A DNA stretch of 64,000 bases from contig RSEE01000006.1 in assembly GCA_003971905.1 (NCBI GenBank), positions 434,001 to 498,000 on the forward strand, read 5' to 3'. The DNA comes from Moniliella sp. 'wahieum' (lineage: Eukaryota). Made by a program: the position numbers and the translations under genes. Under the pieces are notes generated by a model, which was not told the DNA's origin, did no database searches, and worked only from the letters and a program-made list of their open reading frames with translations. Shown here piece after piece: positions 39,006 through 51,169 of this stretch. How positions within the stretch are numbered: the first letter of the stretch is position 1; the number at the start of each line of letters is the position of its first letter.

Positions 39006-39099
39006 GCTTCAATGGGTAGTGGTATACTACATCGTTGCCAGACTGGCCCCGTGCTGTGAGACGTCGATTGTGACAGGGGTTCGATTCCCCTTTGAAGCA
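39006..39099 (+). tRNA. tRNA-Gly(GCC) with a 23-nt intron (39041-39063)
   Basis: Acceptor stem GCTTCAA/TTGAAGC plus A. D loop AGTGGTA. Anticodon arm CATCG-TTGCCA..T-CGAT(T)G. T arm AGGGG-TTCGATT-CCCCT. A TTTTT Pol III terminator follows at 39102-39106. Confidence 0.88.
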
Positions 39100-40278
39100 T
39101 GTTTTTGCCAAGAGCAACCCTTGGTCCAATTTTTGCCCCCCAAATTGACGGTCATTATAGGCATTGGGCTCGCAATGGTTCCTTGGACAGAGGTACGACG
39201 GCTGGTTGGGACTCACTAACGCGCCTGCGCCCCATCCCCAGAGTGAACGCCAAGCGGCAGAAGATCGGGGGGGGGGGGGGGGCTGTTCGCAGAAGGAGTG
39301 CATACGAGCGAGTCTCCTTCATGAAGGAAACGCCAGAAGCTTGGCGTGACTCTGTTCGGCATCATCGTGTTCAAGTGGTGTGGATGGCTCTGCGCAAAAA
39401 AGTATCTACGCGAGGGGCTCAGGACGTCATGTTTGCTCTTCCTATATAACGTACATCCCCTCAAGTTCTACTTAACAGACAAAATGCTCGTTGTAGTGGT
39501 ACCGGCTCTGTTGATGGGCTTCGGACTATATGTGAATCAGACCGTGGCATTTGGCGCGTCACCAGCATGCAAGCAGGATGCTCCATTCCGCGTCCGAAAT
39601 GATACGAGCTAGGCGGAAAACATGATGATGCAAACAAGAGACTAAAGGGTACCAACAGTTTTCATATTGCAGCAAGAAGGAGGAATGAAGCCTTTGCTCG
39701 CAACTAAGGCGAGAAACTTGGAAAACGACTGCAATGCTAATGCTAAGAGAAGAGTAAGAGAAGAGAGAAAGAAAGCCAACTAAGAAAAAGGTGTGGGAGA
39801 CATGCAGAAGAAGGAAGAAAGACGAAAGAAAAAAAGAATCAAAGCCCTTATCGATACGACGTGGTGCCACAGGTGTTGAACGAGAAAAGGGCGTGACCCC
39901 CCCAGGAGGTCAAGCAGCCGGTGAAGCGACTAGCGCCAAGCAACGGCTGAGGCCCAAAACGATGGAACGGGCCGGCGAAACCATCATGTTGGGTGACGGA
40001 TGACAAAAAGCCAAACAGACAAGAGAGACGAAACAGGCAGGACCATAGGCTTGCACCCCTACAAGGGTCGACCATATAATGCCACCGTGACGAGAAAGTG
40101 GCCAAAGGCAGCGCAGGAATAGCGAGAAATGAGTGTGGAAGCCGGGTAAAGGACAGAAAAACAGAAGGCAGAGCCCAAAGCAACAGATTGAAGAACGAAC
40201 GAGATTGCCTGACGAAAGATGAAGAGACCCAAAATGACAGATCGAAGGGAGAACCAGGTTGCCAGAAGAGTTTGCCTA

Positions 40279-41212
40279 TTATTCATCCATGATGCGGAAT
40301 CGGATCGGGTCCAGCACACCCACGGAAAGGTCTGCCAATTGCTTGAAGACGGCCTTGGTCATGTCAATGCTACAAATCGTTCACTTGGGTCAGTATCAAC
40401 CCCATAAAAACGTGAGGCAAAGGCAAAAAATTCCGATCAAGACTCGGGCCCGAGTGTAGGCACAGAGATGAAGACGGCTTGTGTTGCAACCCTCTCACCC
40501 AGAAGAACAAGGACTCACCTGTGAGCATTGTCGCACGAATCGCAGCGATCACGCACAGTGGCGGCGACCATGTTGCCATTGCTGTTAGAAAAGAGATGGA
40601 TAGGGGTCAGAAATGAACCAGGATAAAACAACAACAGCAAACCATAGTTCAACGACTTGGGCGTGCTGAGCAGAGAGTGAAAGACGGGCAGACGGGAATA
40701 CGAACTAGTCTGTAACGAGAATACCAGGTCAGTATTTAGGTGGCTGCAAACGTCGGAACCATCAAGGCCTGATGAGCGTATTCATCGTGGCGAATACGCC
40801 CAAGAAGCCGACGGAGGGCGACGGTTCAGAAACTGTAACGTACGAATATGCAGTAATTGCCCGCAGCTGGCGGGGGAGCTCGAGGGAACAGCAACGGCCA
40901 TGGAATCATCTGTGACGCTGCCGCCACAGTAAGGATTGTCCTGCACATACAACAATTGCCCAGCGAAAAGAGATGAGTGACCTGCGGCTTTTTGTGACGG
41001 GAAGCCACGGAGAAAAAGCGAACGGGACGCACCAAAGAGCTGCCGGAATAATAAGTGCCACGGCCCCCCGAGTAGACATTGTAGCGCTTTTCGAGAGTGT
41101 GTTCGTGGTGGCGCTTGCGCTGAACCGTGCGAGCCTCACCAGGAGACAGCAGTTCCGAGGCTGCGGCCAATGACGACACCGTAGCGAGGGCGAAGACAAA
41201 TGCCAGTTTCAT
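40279..41212 (-). CDS. Secreted loosenin/expansin-like (RlpA double-psi beta-barrel) protein, multi-exon
   Basis: Signal peptide MKLAFVFALATVSSLAAA. LEKR is a Kex2-like site. GRGTYY, NPYCGGSVTDDSMAVAV..CGQLL, VAATVRDRCDSCD, IDMTKAVFKQLADLSVGVL. Confidence 0.85.
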
Positions 41213-41924
41213 GGCGGCAGCGGGGCGACCGAGAAGAAAAGAGGGTGGGAGAGGAGAGGGGGGAGGGAAAGGAGAAGGGGAGGACGGTGACGGAGAAGAA
41301 AGAGAAGGAGCCGGAGTTGGAGTCGGAGAAGATGGGGGTGTTGGCGAAAGGGGGGGGGAAGGAAGGGCGGGCAAACTGCGGCTGGGCCATGTTCGCATGC
41401 GCATGAGACCAACAAGATGCCATGTCGATCATGGATCATCTGATGATCATCGACATCCCAGTGGCCAGGCAGCCCATCGGCCAGTAGCGGGTGGCTGGCT
41501 TGGTACCTAATGCGTTTTGGAGGCACTGCTAAGCGCGAATCGTGCACTGCACATGCGCTTGAAATTGCATGTGCTGTCCCAGACAGGCGCCGTACGCGCG
41601 AGCGCCAGCGCCTGCGCAGGGTTCGGTAGATGCGCGCCAGCAGTGCACCACTGTAGCTATGTACGAACCCACGGCTGGTGGCGTCCCAGTGCAAACATGG
41701 GGCACAGCGCACAGTCGGTCCCTGGCGCTGCCAGGGTGCTCCCTAGGGCTGGGGCACTGTTGGACGTTGGCGTCCGTTCGACGGTGTTTCGTGTTTCACT
41801 CGCTCCAAGCCCTATAATGCGCGTGACGTGTGAACATGTGAACGTGTGAACATGCTCGAGCGCTGAGCCTGAGCCTCATCCCTTCACCCTTGTAGCACCT
41901 ACTTAGCATCCACCATTCACTTTC

Positions 41925-42013
41925 AGCTTCAAGCTTCAAGCTTCAAGCTTCAAGCTTCAAGCTAGCTTCAAGCTTCACTAGCTTCACTAGCTTCACTAGC
42001 TTCACTAGCTTCA
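41925..42013. repeat. (AGCTTCA)n / (AGCTTCACT)4 tandem array
   Basis: Five AGCTTCA units, then AGCT, one AGCTTCA, four AGCTTCACT and a final AGCTTCA, read directly from the sequence. Confidence 0.95.
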
Positions 42014-42239
42014 TCGATTGATCGATCATCGGCCCCCCTGGTGTTTATTCGTGTGAGAACATCGATGAGCTCGTCAGTTTTCACCAACAGCACGTGAAGC
42101 GGGATGCGCGATGTATGATGCGCACGCGCGTCTGTAGTGTGCTGTGCAGTGCTGTGCCGTGTGCCAGCGATGGTGTGTGGCGCACTCTGGGCAGAACCAC
42201 ACAGCCAGGTTAGTACAACCTCAGGCCACGGCCTCAAGC

Positions 42240-42772
42240 TTCAAGGCATTTGGTGACCAACGTAAACGGCCACAACACGTTCTTCAACGTTTCCATTATA
42301 GCGCCGCCGCTTGGCCTAGGTCTAGGGCGCCTTTGCTCGCCGAACGAGGCCAGCTCTTTCATCACACGTTGGCCCGAGGTGTGCAGTTGCGGTGCCAGGT
42401 TCTAGAGGAGGGCTAGCGGCCATGTCTCGTGGACCCCGACGGACGCGGCGCCTGCGGAAATAATAACGAGGGGGGAGTCGCAAGGGGGTCATCCGGTCAT
42501 AATATACAAAAGTCTTCTTGGTGTCCATGCCCATGTGGGCGGGTTGACTGGGGAGTCTGGTGGTCCATTGGAGGTTGTAGTACGGGTCTAGCTTGTTTGA
42601 GGGGGCGCATCGACCAATTAACATGGAAGAGGTGGGGGTTAACCGGTAAGAGACGAGTCTTTAAGTACTCAATAATGGCCCCCAGTAGTGCATGCGGGGT
42701 TTTTGTCAAAATGGGAACCAATGAAACTTTTGGAATGGGGGCGCTAATTGCAAACGCGTAGCCACTAGCCAC
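42240..42772 (-). CDS. Possible small basic hypothetical protein
   Basis: ORFs 42497..42772 and 42322..42624 join through one frameshift into a protein-like sequence divergent from ribophorin I. No family recognised and no clear ATG. Confidence 0.25.
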
Positions 42773-42946
42773 TCGTTATGCGGGGAGAGCGATCTGCACT
42801 GCGTGATTATGTCACCACCTGCCCAGGACGTGCGACGTGGAAAGCTCCATGTGGGCTCCGCACCATTAGGTCTCCGACACCTGCTCTACGCTTCTCTGCC
42901 ACATCGCCCACAAGCATCGCCGGACGTTTGCGTTTCTGCCACTCCG

Positions 42947-44568
42947 ATGCTTGCCAGGACATTGCTTCTGGCATCTGCCGCTGTTGCCGCCATCCAATCG
43001 GTGGCGGCGGCAGCCACATACGATGTCAAGAACGTCGTCCGTTCCATCGAGCTGGGCGGGGGGGTGTCGTCCATGTCGACTGTGTACACCCTGGCTCCAC
43101 TCCCCGATCACCTTTCTGAACCCTTCTATGTCGCCTTGCCCCACGGCGAATGGAAAGCTTTGAGCGACTTTGGTCTGTTCATTGACAGCCCTAAGTCCCA
43201 CCGCGGCAAATCCCTGCCCTATGCCGATGCCGGTCCCGATCCCACCGACAATTCGACCCATTTGGTCGCCGTCGATCTCAGCCCCTTTCCTGTGTCGGAT
43301 GACGATGTTGCTTTTTCCTTTAAAGCCACACTCACACATTTGACATTTCCTCTCCCACCGACTGCTCCCCAAAACAGCGAGCAATTTCTTGCCTGGAAGG
43401 GCGACGCTGGTATTCGCTCGGTCTACCCTGTGCGCAAAGGCAAGACCAAGGTCACGTACGTTGGACTCTCCCACTCGCAGTGTCACCAGTGATCCCACCT
43501 AACTCTTTTTTAAACCCCCTTTTCAGTGTCGTCTCGTCTACCAACATCCCTGACTACTCCCCTCGCGCTACCGCCACCAAGCTAGGGAATAAGGTTACGT
43601 ACGGCCCTTACACCAACATCCCTTCATTCCGTGACGAACCGTGGAGCAAGGACTAGTGCGGTATGAGCATGCCATGCCCGTGCTTAGCGTTGTTTCGGTG
43701 GAGCGAGTCGCCGAGGTGTCGCATTGGGCCGGCAACCTGGCCGTTGAGGACCGCGTTTGGGTGCGCAACGATGGTCCTCAGCTGCAGGGGCATTTTGGGC
43801 GGATTGATCATCAAGCCGCTGCTTTCCGCAGCCAGCGCTCGCCCAGCACACTAATCCAAATGCGGATCCCATTGCCTCCCGGTGCCAAGGATGCGTATGT
43901 GGTGGATGCGATTGGAAATGTGTCGACTTCGCGCTTTGCCGCCGTTCCACCCAACCCCAAACTCATTGCCCGGCCCATCCAAACGCTCAATCCGTACCAG
44001 GCGAGCGTGCTGGACGTGCAGCCGCGCTATCCGCTTCTGGGGGGGTGGAACTACACCTTCTCCTATGGCTTTAACCTCAACCTTGCTGCCGGCGGGTGGG
44101 GAACCGTACAAGATGCTGGAAAGTTCAGCGTCGCTGTCCCCTTCTTGACTCCCATCGATGGCGGGTCAGTCTACGATGACGTGACACTCAAAATCGTTCT
44201 CCTGAGGGGGCTGATAACGTTGAAGTGTTCGCTCCCTTTGCTGTCGACGAGCAGGCGGCGACTGTGACCAAGACCTACCTTGACACGATCGGACGCAAGA
44301 CAGTGGTGCTCAAGAAGAAGAACTGCACCGAGAAGAACTCTCAGCTGGTTTATGTACGTCGTCTGGTCTACCTACGTTGCACACCGCCCTTCCGAGACTG
44401 ACTCTGTTCCTCCTCCCTTTGTTTCAGGTGCAATACACACTCTCGTCTTTTGCTACCATGCAAAAGCCGCTGGCTGTGGCGTCTGTCGTGTTGGCTATTT
44501 TGCTTGTTGCCGCACTCCTTCGTCGGTTCGACCTGCGGATCAAGACGCCCAAACACAAGACTGCCTAA
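42947..44568 (+). CDS. OST1: Oligosaccharyltransferase alpha subunit (ribophorin I)
   Basis: Signal peptide, NVVRSIELGG, TYGPY, EVSHWAGNLAVED, DAIGNVSTSRF, PRYPLLGGWNYTF, TYLDTIGR, and a C-terminal TM helix. Introns near 43456-43526 and 44354-44428. Confidence 0.93.
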
Positions 44569-46579
44569 GTGCTCAAAAAGGAACGATACATGACCTTCCA
44601 TCCCCCGCTCTGTGAATCGTTCTCCGCCGAAGAGGACCCCATCCTAGTTCTACATGGCGAAGTGACTGTGAATAACCAACGAAAGATAACATGTACCAGG
44701 TACTACAGTATATGTGTTGAGGGCAGCATCAGGGCATCAGAGTATCAGCGGCAGTGTAGCATCTGGCTGTGCCCTGGCAGATGTTGCACATCCCCAGGCC
44801 CTGACCAGCGTATCTTAATTGGGTGGTTGCAGTGGAAATCTGGTGCACTGGCTCCCCTTGGAGCCCTCATGTCGCAGTCGCTCAAGTGCGTCGCTGTTTG
44901 AAGATGGAAATCACTGCAATAGCGCCGTCGGCCACATCTATCCATCTCATAAGCGCAATCACTGAGTAGGGTTCCTGGCACCACCATTTCCTGATAGTAA
45001 TGCAGCGATATGGATATGCACTCCCAGACGCCTGCATCTATTTGCCACGCCGTGTGGTTTGCTGGCTAGCTATCACTCCAAGCTCCAACCTTTAAGCTTA
45101 TACGGTCCCTTATCGACTCATCGATTATCGATGATCCCTTGCGCTGTCGCCGGACCGACCCGCATCGTTGCACCGACCGATCACGTGACGGTCACCAATC
45201 CGATCCCCTCTTTCCGATCCTCACGTCTAAACTTTTGGTGTAGTATCGTAGGTTATTGTTGTTTGTGTAGGAATCACTTGGTTCGCTTGGCCTCGTCTAA
45301 TTTCTTGGAAGGAGCACGGGCCTGAGCAACGCACCGGGCCACGGCCGTCAGAGAGGAGGATGCAAACGTCAATTCTGGGAAGAAGAGGTCCCAGGAGCCA
45401 ACAGACACACCTAGGATTGGGGGGAACAGTGAGTATGATCAGCAAAAGGTTCGTACAGGGGAAGGATAAGAGAGAATGCTTGTCGCCTTTTGTGACATAC
45501 ATCGTTTATTTTCGCCTTTCCATTTCCCTTGTTGTCCTTCGCCTCAGCATTGCCGGGGACGAACGAGGGTGTGTTGTCGGGCAGCTGATGTGGTACTGCC
45601 GGACACGCCGGAAACACGAGAGAATGCGCCCGTGGGACGAGCATTCGTCGCTTTCGCCTGGTTCCTTGACTTGTCCATGCCCTTGTCCATGCCCTTTGCT
45701 CCTCCAGCTCCCGTCGTCACAGGTCTTAGTTCTCCCAGCCCAAGTCCAGCCCAGTTCAGCGGCGTGTGATCCTGCCTACAGCCACGCCGCCCCCAGTCCC
45801 AGTCCCGCAGCATAGGTCGTCCGCTGCCCGTTCCCCGTCCCTGAGCCCGAAGGCTTCAGACCCGCTACTGCCGCCTCTGCTACATTCCGAGAGGTCTCTC
45901 CTTGTCCCTAGCTCCGCTCGGACCCACCAATCAGCCCAAGCGCGTAACTACCGCGAGTCCACCTTAGGACCTCCAAAGAATTGTACCCCTAACCCCTCCC
46001 CCCCCCGACGGGCCCCCTGGCGGCGCCCGCCCGTAACAGTGACTGCAACTCACCTCGACTTACAGCGCCTCGACTTGTGGTATAAATCACTGTTTGTGTG
46101 GCAGATCGATGCGCAGAAACGTCAGCGGAAAGGGACCACGGCGTAGTATATATATAGGGTGCAGTGGTCCGCTATGGATATACGTTCTTGACGTGTAACG
46201 CGTAAGGCGGGGAATGCAAAACGTGTAACATCATGTAATGTGGAGCAACAGTCGTTTTGATCATTGACGGATGACATTGTTGGACACATACGATCATCAA
46301 TCGGTATCATATGTCACCGCATTCTGCAGAGAAAATGCACAATGCAAATCGATGTAAAAGGTACATTGGAGGTGGCTGGTTTCTTGGCATGCACATGTGT
46401 AGCGCGTACGGAGTCCATGCAATGGATTCTGCAGTAAGAACAGGTAAGAACTGTGGTCAATGGTGGAGCCGATGAACGTTGAATGTGATGAGCGGCTCAG
46501 CGCATATACACTCTCACAGGCATTGAACGCACTCAGCCGCCCAAACTGTGAGATCTGAGAACATATATTTGACTGCGCG

Positions 46580-46890
46580 CGCTTGAGCCCGAGCTCAGCG
46601 CTGATGATCTGAACTCTGAACGCCTCATCGGCAACCTCGAGCCCCGCAAGCTTCAAGTGAAGCTTCAGGCTTCAGGTTCAGGCCTGAGCCTCAGGCCTCA
46701 GGCTCCACTTCAGGTAACCCTAGGCAGACCAAGCAAGCCAAACCAGCCAAACCAGCCAAGCCAGGCCAAGCCCCGTGAGCACCGTGAGTATGCCAGGTAG
46801 CTTGAGGCTGAGCTCAGCCTGAGGCCTATGGGCGCCTCAGCACTCAAGCACTCAAGCACTCAAGCGTCAAGCTCCTGAGCCTGAGGGTCT
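46580..46890. repeat. Mosaic TCA/TGA palindrome-core microrepeat cluster
   Basis: TCAGCGCTGA, AAGCTTCAAGTGAAGCTTCA, TCAGGCCTGAGCCTCAGGCCTCA, (AGCACTCA)3 and GCCAA-rich repeats. Confidence 0.8.
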
Positions 46891-47933
46891 GCGGGTCTGA
46901 ATCTGAGCGCGGAGCCGCTGGGCCGCTGATGCATGATGGCTGGTGGGTGATGGGTGAGCCGACTGATGGTAGTGGTATGCGACATGTGACATGGGAAGCA
47001 TGGTGGCGGGTGACGGTGATCGATCTGATCGAGCAGGTGGCAGCCAAGTGCGGAGAAGAACGCCAAGTGGGGAGCGCCGCACCGCGCACCGGTTGATTGT
47101 GGCTGGGGGGCAGTTTGTGACGCACCTCGCGAGCAGCCGGGACAGAGATGGCTGGGAGGGGCGCCAAGCTTCCATCGTCCCGGGCCACCGGCCACCAGCA
47201 CGCACCGCCAGCCTGCTCCAACGCAGCTAGATCGATGATTGATGGGACTGTAAACGGTGAACAATTGAACCATGATGGATGATGGGTGATGTCCCCCTCT
47301 GTGGTGTTGTGGGGATGGTGGAGTCGTCTGGGATGTCGCACGCCGACACTCTGCTCCAGTGCGACTCTTTCTGTGAGAGCTGAGATCGGAGGAAGATCTC
47401 TCGACTATCGCACTCCGCATTAAGCTCTTCCAGCAGCCGATCGAGCGTCAGCGCGTCAATAGCCTCAGGTGTAGGATTGGGCTCGATATACGATCATCGA
47501 TCAGGAGTGCTGCGCCTGTCCAGGCTTCCCCCGGCACGGCGCCAGCGCTGGCATGGGTGCAGTGTGTATACTGCGCGTCCGGTCAATATAGGCTTGCGGT
47601 TGGCCCGACAGCATGCATTGTGGCGGCGGATCTGGTGCGCCAGCCCAGCCCCCAGCTGCCTGCCCTTGCCTGCCCCGGCGACCCCGCCACGCCTCCTCGG
47701 CCGGTGGGGCTCATCCGCACACACACACCCTTGTTCCCAGCCGCCCTCGGTGTTTAGCCAGCCGTATACCCGTCCCGTGGGAAGCCACCGCCGCTACCGC
47801 TGCTGTCCCTGCTCCCACCACCTCCTCCTCTCGACTCTCTCCTTTGTCTTCATCCCATCCAGCACCACCAGCCTCTACGCCCGCACACCCCCTCCACCCT
47901 GTCCACGCGTTCCTGCCGTCTCTTCATTCGCTT

Positions 47934-49390
47934 ATGCCTAGCCCCCTCGCTGCTGCCGCCTTGGCCATCCTGCTTGCCGCAGCGCGTGTCCAGGCCGATG
48001 CGCCCTCTGGCCCTGGCTCCAATTCCACCACCCTCGCACAGGCCGTTGGCTCTGCCGTCTCAGCCTCCCTTGCGTCGGACCAGTTGGAAAACTTGGGCTG
48101 GGCCTGGCCATTGTCTTCCTCGTTTTCCTTCCTGCAGGGCCGCGACAAGTCAGCTGCCGACTGGGCAAAGAGCACCCTAAATCTCTACAACGCTCGCTTT
48201 GCCGCCAACCCTGACAATTTCGTCTTTGCCTCCGACCCAGCTGGATCCAGTTCCAGCGGCTCATCCAATGCAAAGAATCCTGTCCCCGTCTTGTCGGTCA
48301 CCTATGCTGCTGGTTCTTACGGGCTACATACAAATCCCGCCGGCGGTTCCGCCTTTTACGCCCAGCCATTCTTGAACGCTAGCGGCGGCGCATCGGGTAG
48401 CAACACCCCTTATGTCCTCACCTCCCAAACGGCGGGACAGTCCAATGCCTCTTCAGCGTCTCGCCCCCAACTTCTTCTTGCCTATTCGGTATACTTTCCT
48501 CCCGACTTTGACTTTGTCCAGGGTGGCAAGCTTCCGGGTCTTTACTCCTCTGTCGGCGCCACTGGCAACGCCACTGGCGCCATTGATGCCTCTACCGAGG
48601 GCTGCGAGGGTGGTTCATTAGATGGCACTGGCAGTTCCTGCTGGTCTGCTCGGGTCATGTGGCGTCAAGGGGGGCAAGGGGAGGTGTACCTCTACGTACC
48701 CCAATCCTTGGGAGGCGGGTACAAATTGTGCCCCTCTGACAAGGCCTCAGCCAAGGGCGCGAGCCTGATCTGTAACTCGGACTATGGCCTGTCGGTGGGC
48801 CGGGGGAGTTTTACCTTTCAGAAGGGAACTTGGAATGACCTGGCGCTTTACGTTCAAATCAATACCCCCGGCGTGGCCAACGGCCAGGTGCAGCTGTTTG
48901 TCAATGGCGCGGCTACGCCCGCGATTCGTCTGCGCAACGTTGTATTTCGCTCCCAAACGATCAATTCCGAGAATCTCAATTCCAACAACGGAGTCTTTTC
49001 CAGCGCAATCAATGGCAAGGCTCCAACCTCGGGGCTCAACCGTCGTGATATGTGGGACTCGGACAACCAAACGTGGGTAGACAAGGTCATGTTCCAATCA
49101 TTTTTCGGGGGCTCTACCTCGGCCTACGCCACACCCAACAACACCCAGACGTATTTCAAGGATATTGCAGTACGTTTCCCATTGCAATCTGCGTTCCTAT
49201 TCACGTATGCGTTTGTCTTTGTCTGTTCTGACACTCTGCCTGCTACTCACAGCTCTTTGCCGGGACCTCATTTTCTACTCAACGGGGTCCATCATTTACG
49301 CTGAGCTCGTCCACTCCTCGTTTGTCGATTCCATTCTCTCTTGCTTCCCTGACTGTGATTCTCGCATCACTGCTAAGCCTCTCATTTTGA
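47934..49390 (+). CDS. Secreted, probably GPI-anchored polysaccharide lyase family 14 protein
   Basis: Signal peptide, YSVYFPPDFDFVQGGKLPGLY, WSARVMWR..GEVYLY, YGLSVGRGSF, MFQSFFGGS. Intron 49170-49252 leads to a last exon ending in a hydrophobic tail (IPFSLASLTVILASLLSLSF*). Confidence 0.88.
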
Positions 49391-51169
49391 GCTGGACTTT
49401 TCCTTTTTCCATCTGCACTTCACCCCGTTCCTTCATACCAAATGGCTTTGCCTTCTCTTCATGTGTTCTGTCTCGTATATACGTGCCTCTCACTCTGAGT
49501 CCCTCTCTCATTTCCCCCTTTACCTTCCCACCGTATATACTTGCTCTCTTTTGCGCGCACCTTCCTCTATTCGTGCCATTCATTCCAGTCATCCACAGAG
49601 CATTCGATCTGCATTGGTTGGGTGCAAGACGCCGAAGCTGTTTCAACGGTGGCCTCCAAGCTGGTGAGGAGCCGAGAAGTGTTGGTTGGTTGCCAACTAG
49701 CTGTTGTCTGTACACTGCCTGACGCAAAAACCAACCCCCCGTACGACCTGAGCGAAGAGCGAGAGCAGCCTGACAAACAGAAATTAGGCGCGATGGGCCT
49801 GAGGGCGACACATGTGGCACGACACACAACGCTGGGCCGGGGGCAGAGTTGGGCGGAATGCGGGAATGGATATGACGTAGGCTGGGCGTTAGCCATAGCA
49901 TAACACGAGCGGGGGGTACTCCTCCACCCTCTCTGGGGCTCAGTACATCCTCCACACGTCCCTTTACTCCCCCTCTTCCCTCTCAGCTCTGCTTATTACG
50001 ACCAGTCCAATCCGTCCCGCCTCGCCTTTTTCCACGCTGTGCGGAGCAGTCGCGGCACACAGGGTACTTTTTCTCCCATACTCCGTCTCCCTCCAAAGCT
50101 GCGGGCCTGGAGTGCATCTCCATCCAAAAAGGGCAAGCTGCACCAAGTCTCTTCTTTCAAGCCACAGGTACTCGAACCAGTTATCGGGTTGACCGACCTG
50201 CTGTGTGGCCAGAGAGAAGCCAGATGACCTCTACGTACGCAAACTTGTGCTCGACTTGCTCATCATTGCGGGTGATTTGGACGTACCATCCCCGCTGCAG
50301 GCAGGTGTGCAAGATACTCGTCAGGAATCAGATTGGCTGGTGCGGTGCAATGAGCTGCTCATGATGAAGGCATTGACAAATGTGCACGACATCTCGTTTT
50401 TATTTTCCTCGATTCCCCTCTGCGGTAAGGTTACCGGCCTTACCGGTTACCGTTACCCGTTATCAGTACCTGTTACCTGCTTCTCCGTCAAGGCAATACT
50501 TGCGGTGCTCTGAGTTGAGTGGTGTTAGTTGAGTTCCCAACGAGAGAAGGCATTACAGCGGGGAGGAACTAGTACGCTCGTCTTCTGAGCTTTGGTACCC
50601 CTCCTCTGACTATGCAAGTGATGCGAGGTCTCACTCAGGCTGAGTCGTCAGCTTGATGCATCACGTGACGTCGCATGTCCCAGAGCGTAGCTCGAATCAA
50701 ATAAACATTTCAGCACCGGCCTTGGCTCAAATTCATCAACAAAGCGCTCAAATCGGTCAGACGTGCGATCATCGATCATTGATCATCCATCATTGTGCTT
50801 CTCCGCCGGCATGGCAAAACAGCGGCCCCCCTCATCAGCCACTCAGGATACGGATCGGCGTCATCCTCTCCATATGGTTGCCCAATGCTAACCCAGATGG
50901 AGGAAAACGATGTGAGCCGGCGGCATCGCTCCTCACCGTACAGCCCAATTGCATTATCCGTTACCATATGCACCACACCGTGTGGTGCAAAACAACTCCG
51001 CGGACTGGCAGGCCCACAATTCATCAAGAGGGCATATATATTTTTTGGTGTGTTCCGATATCATCTTCTCAATTGACAGTGGCCGTTGCATATATATAGG
51101 CGTAGCGAGATCTCGACGCCCCCAAGACAGCCATCCTTTTCAGATCCTTCCGGACGTGCTTTGGGCTGA

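Noticed and set aside
41925..42013. CRISPR-like or telomeric array
   Set aside because: There are no unique spacers, the units are 7-9 bp, the context is eukaryotic, and the unit is not TTAGGG.
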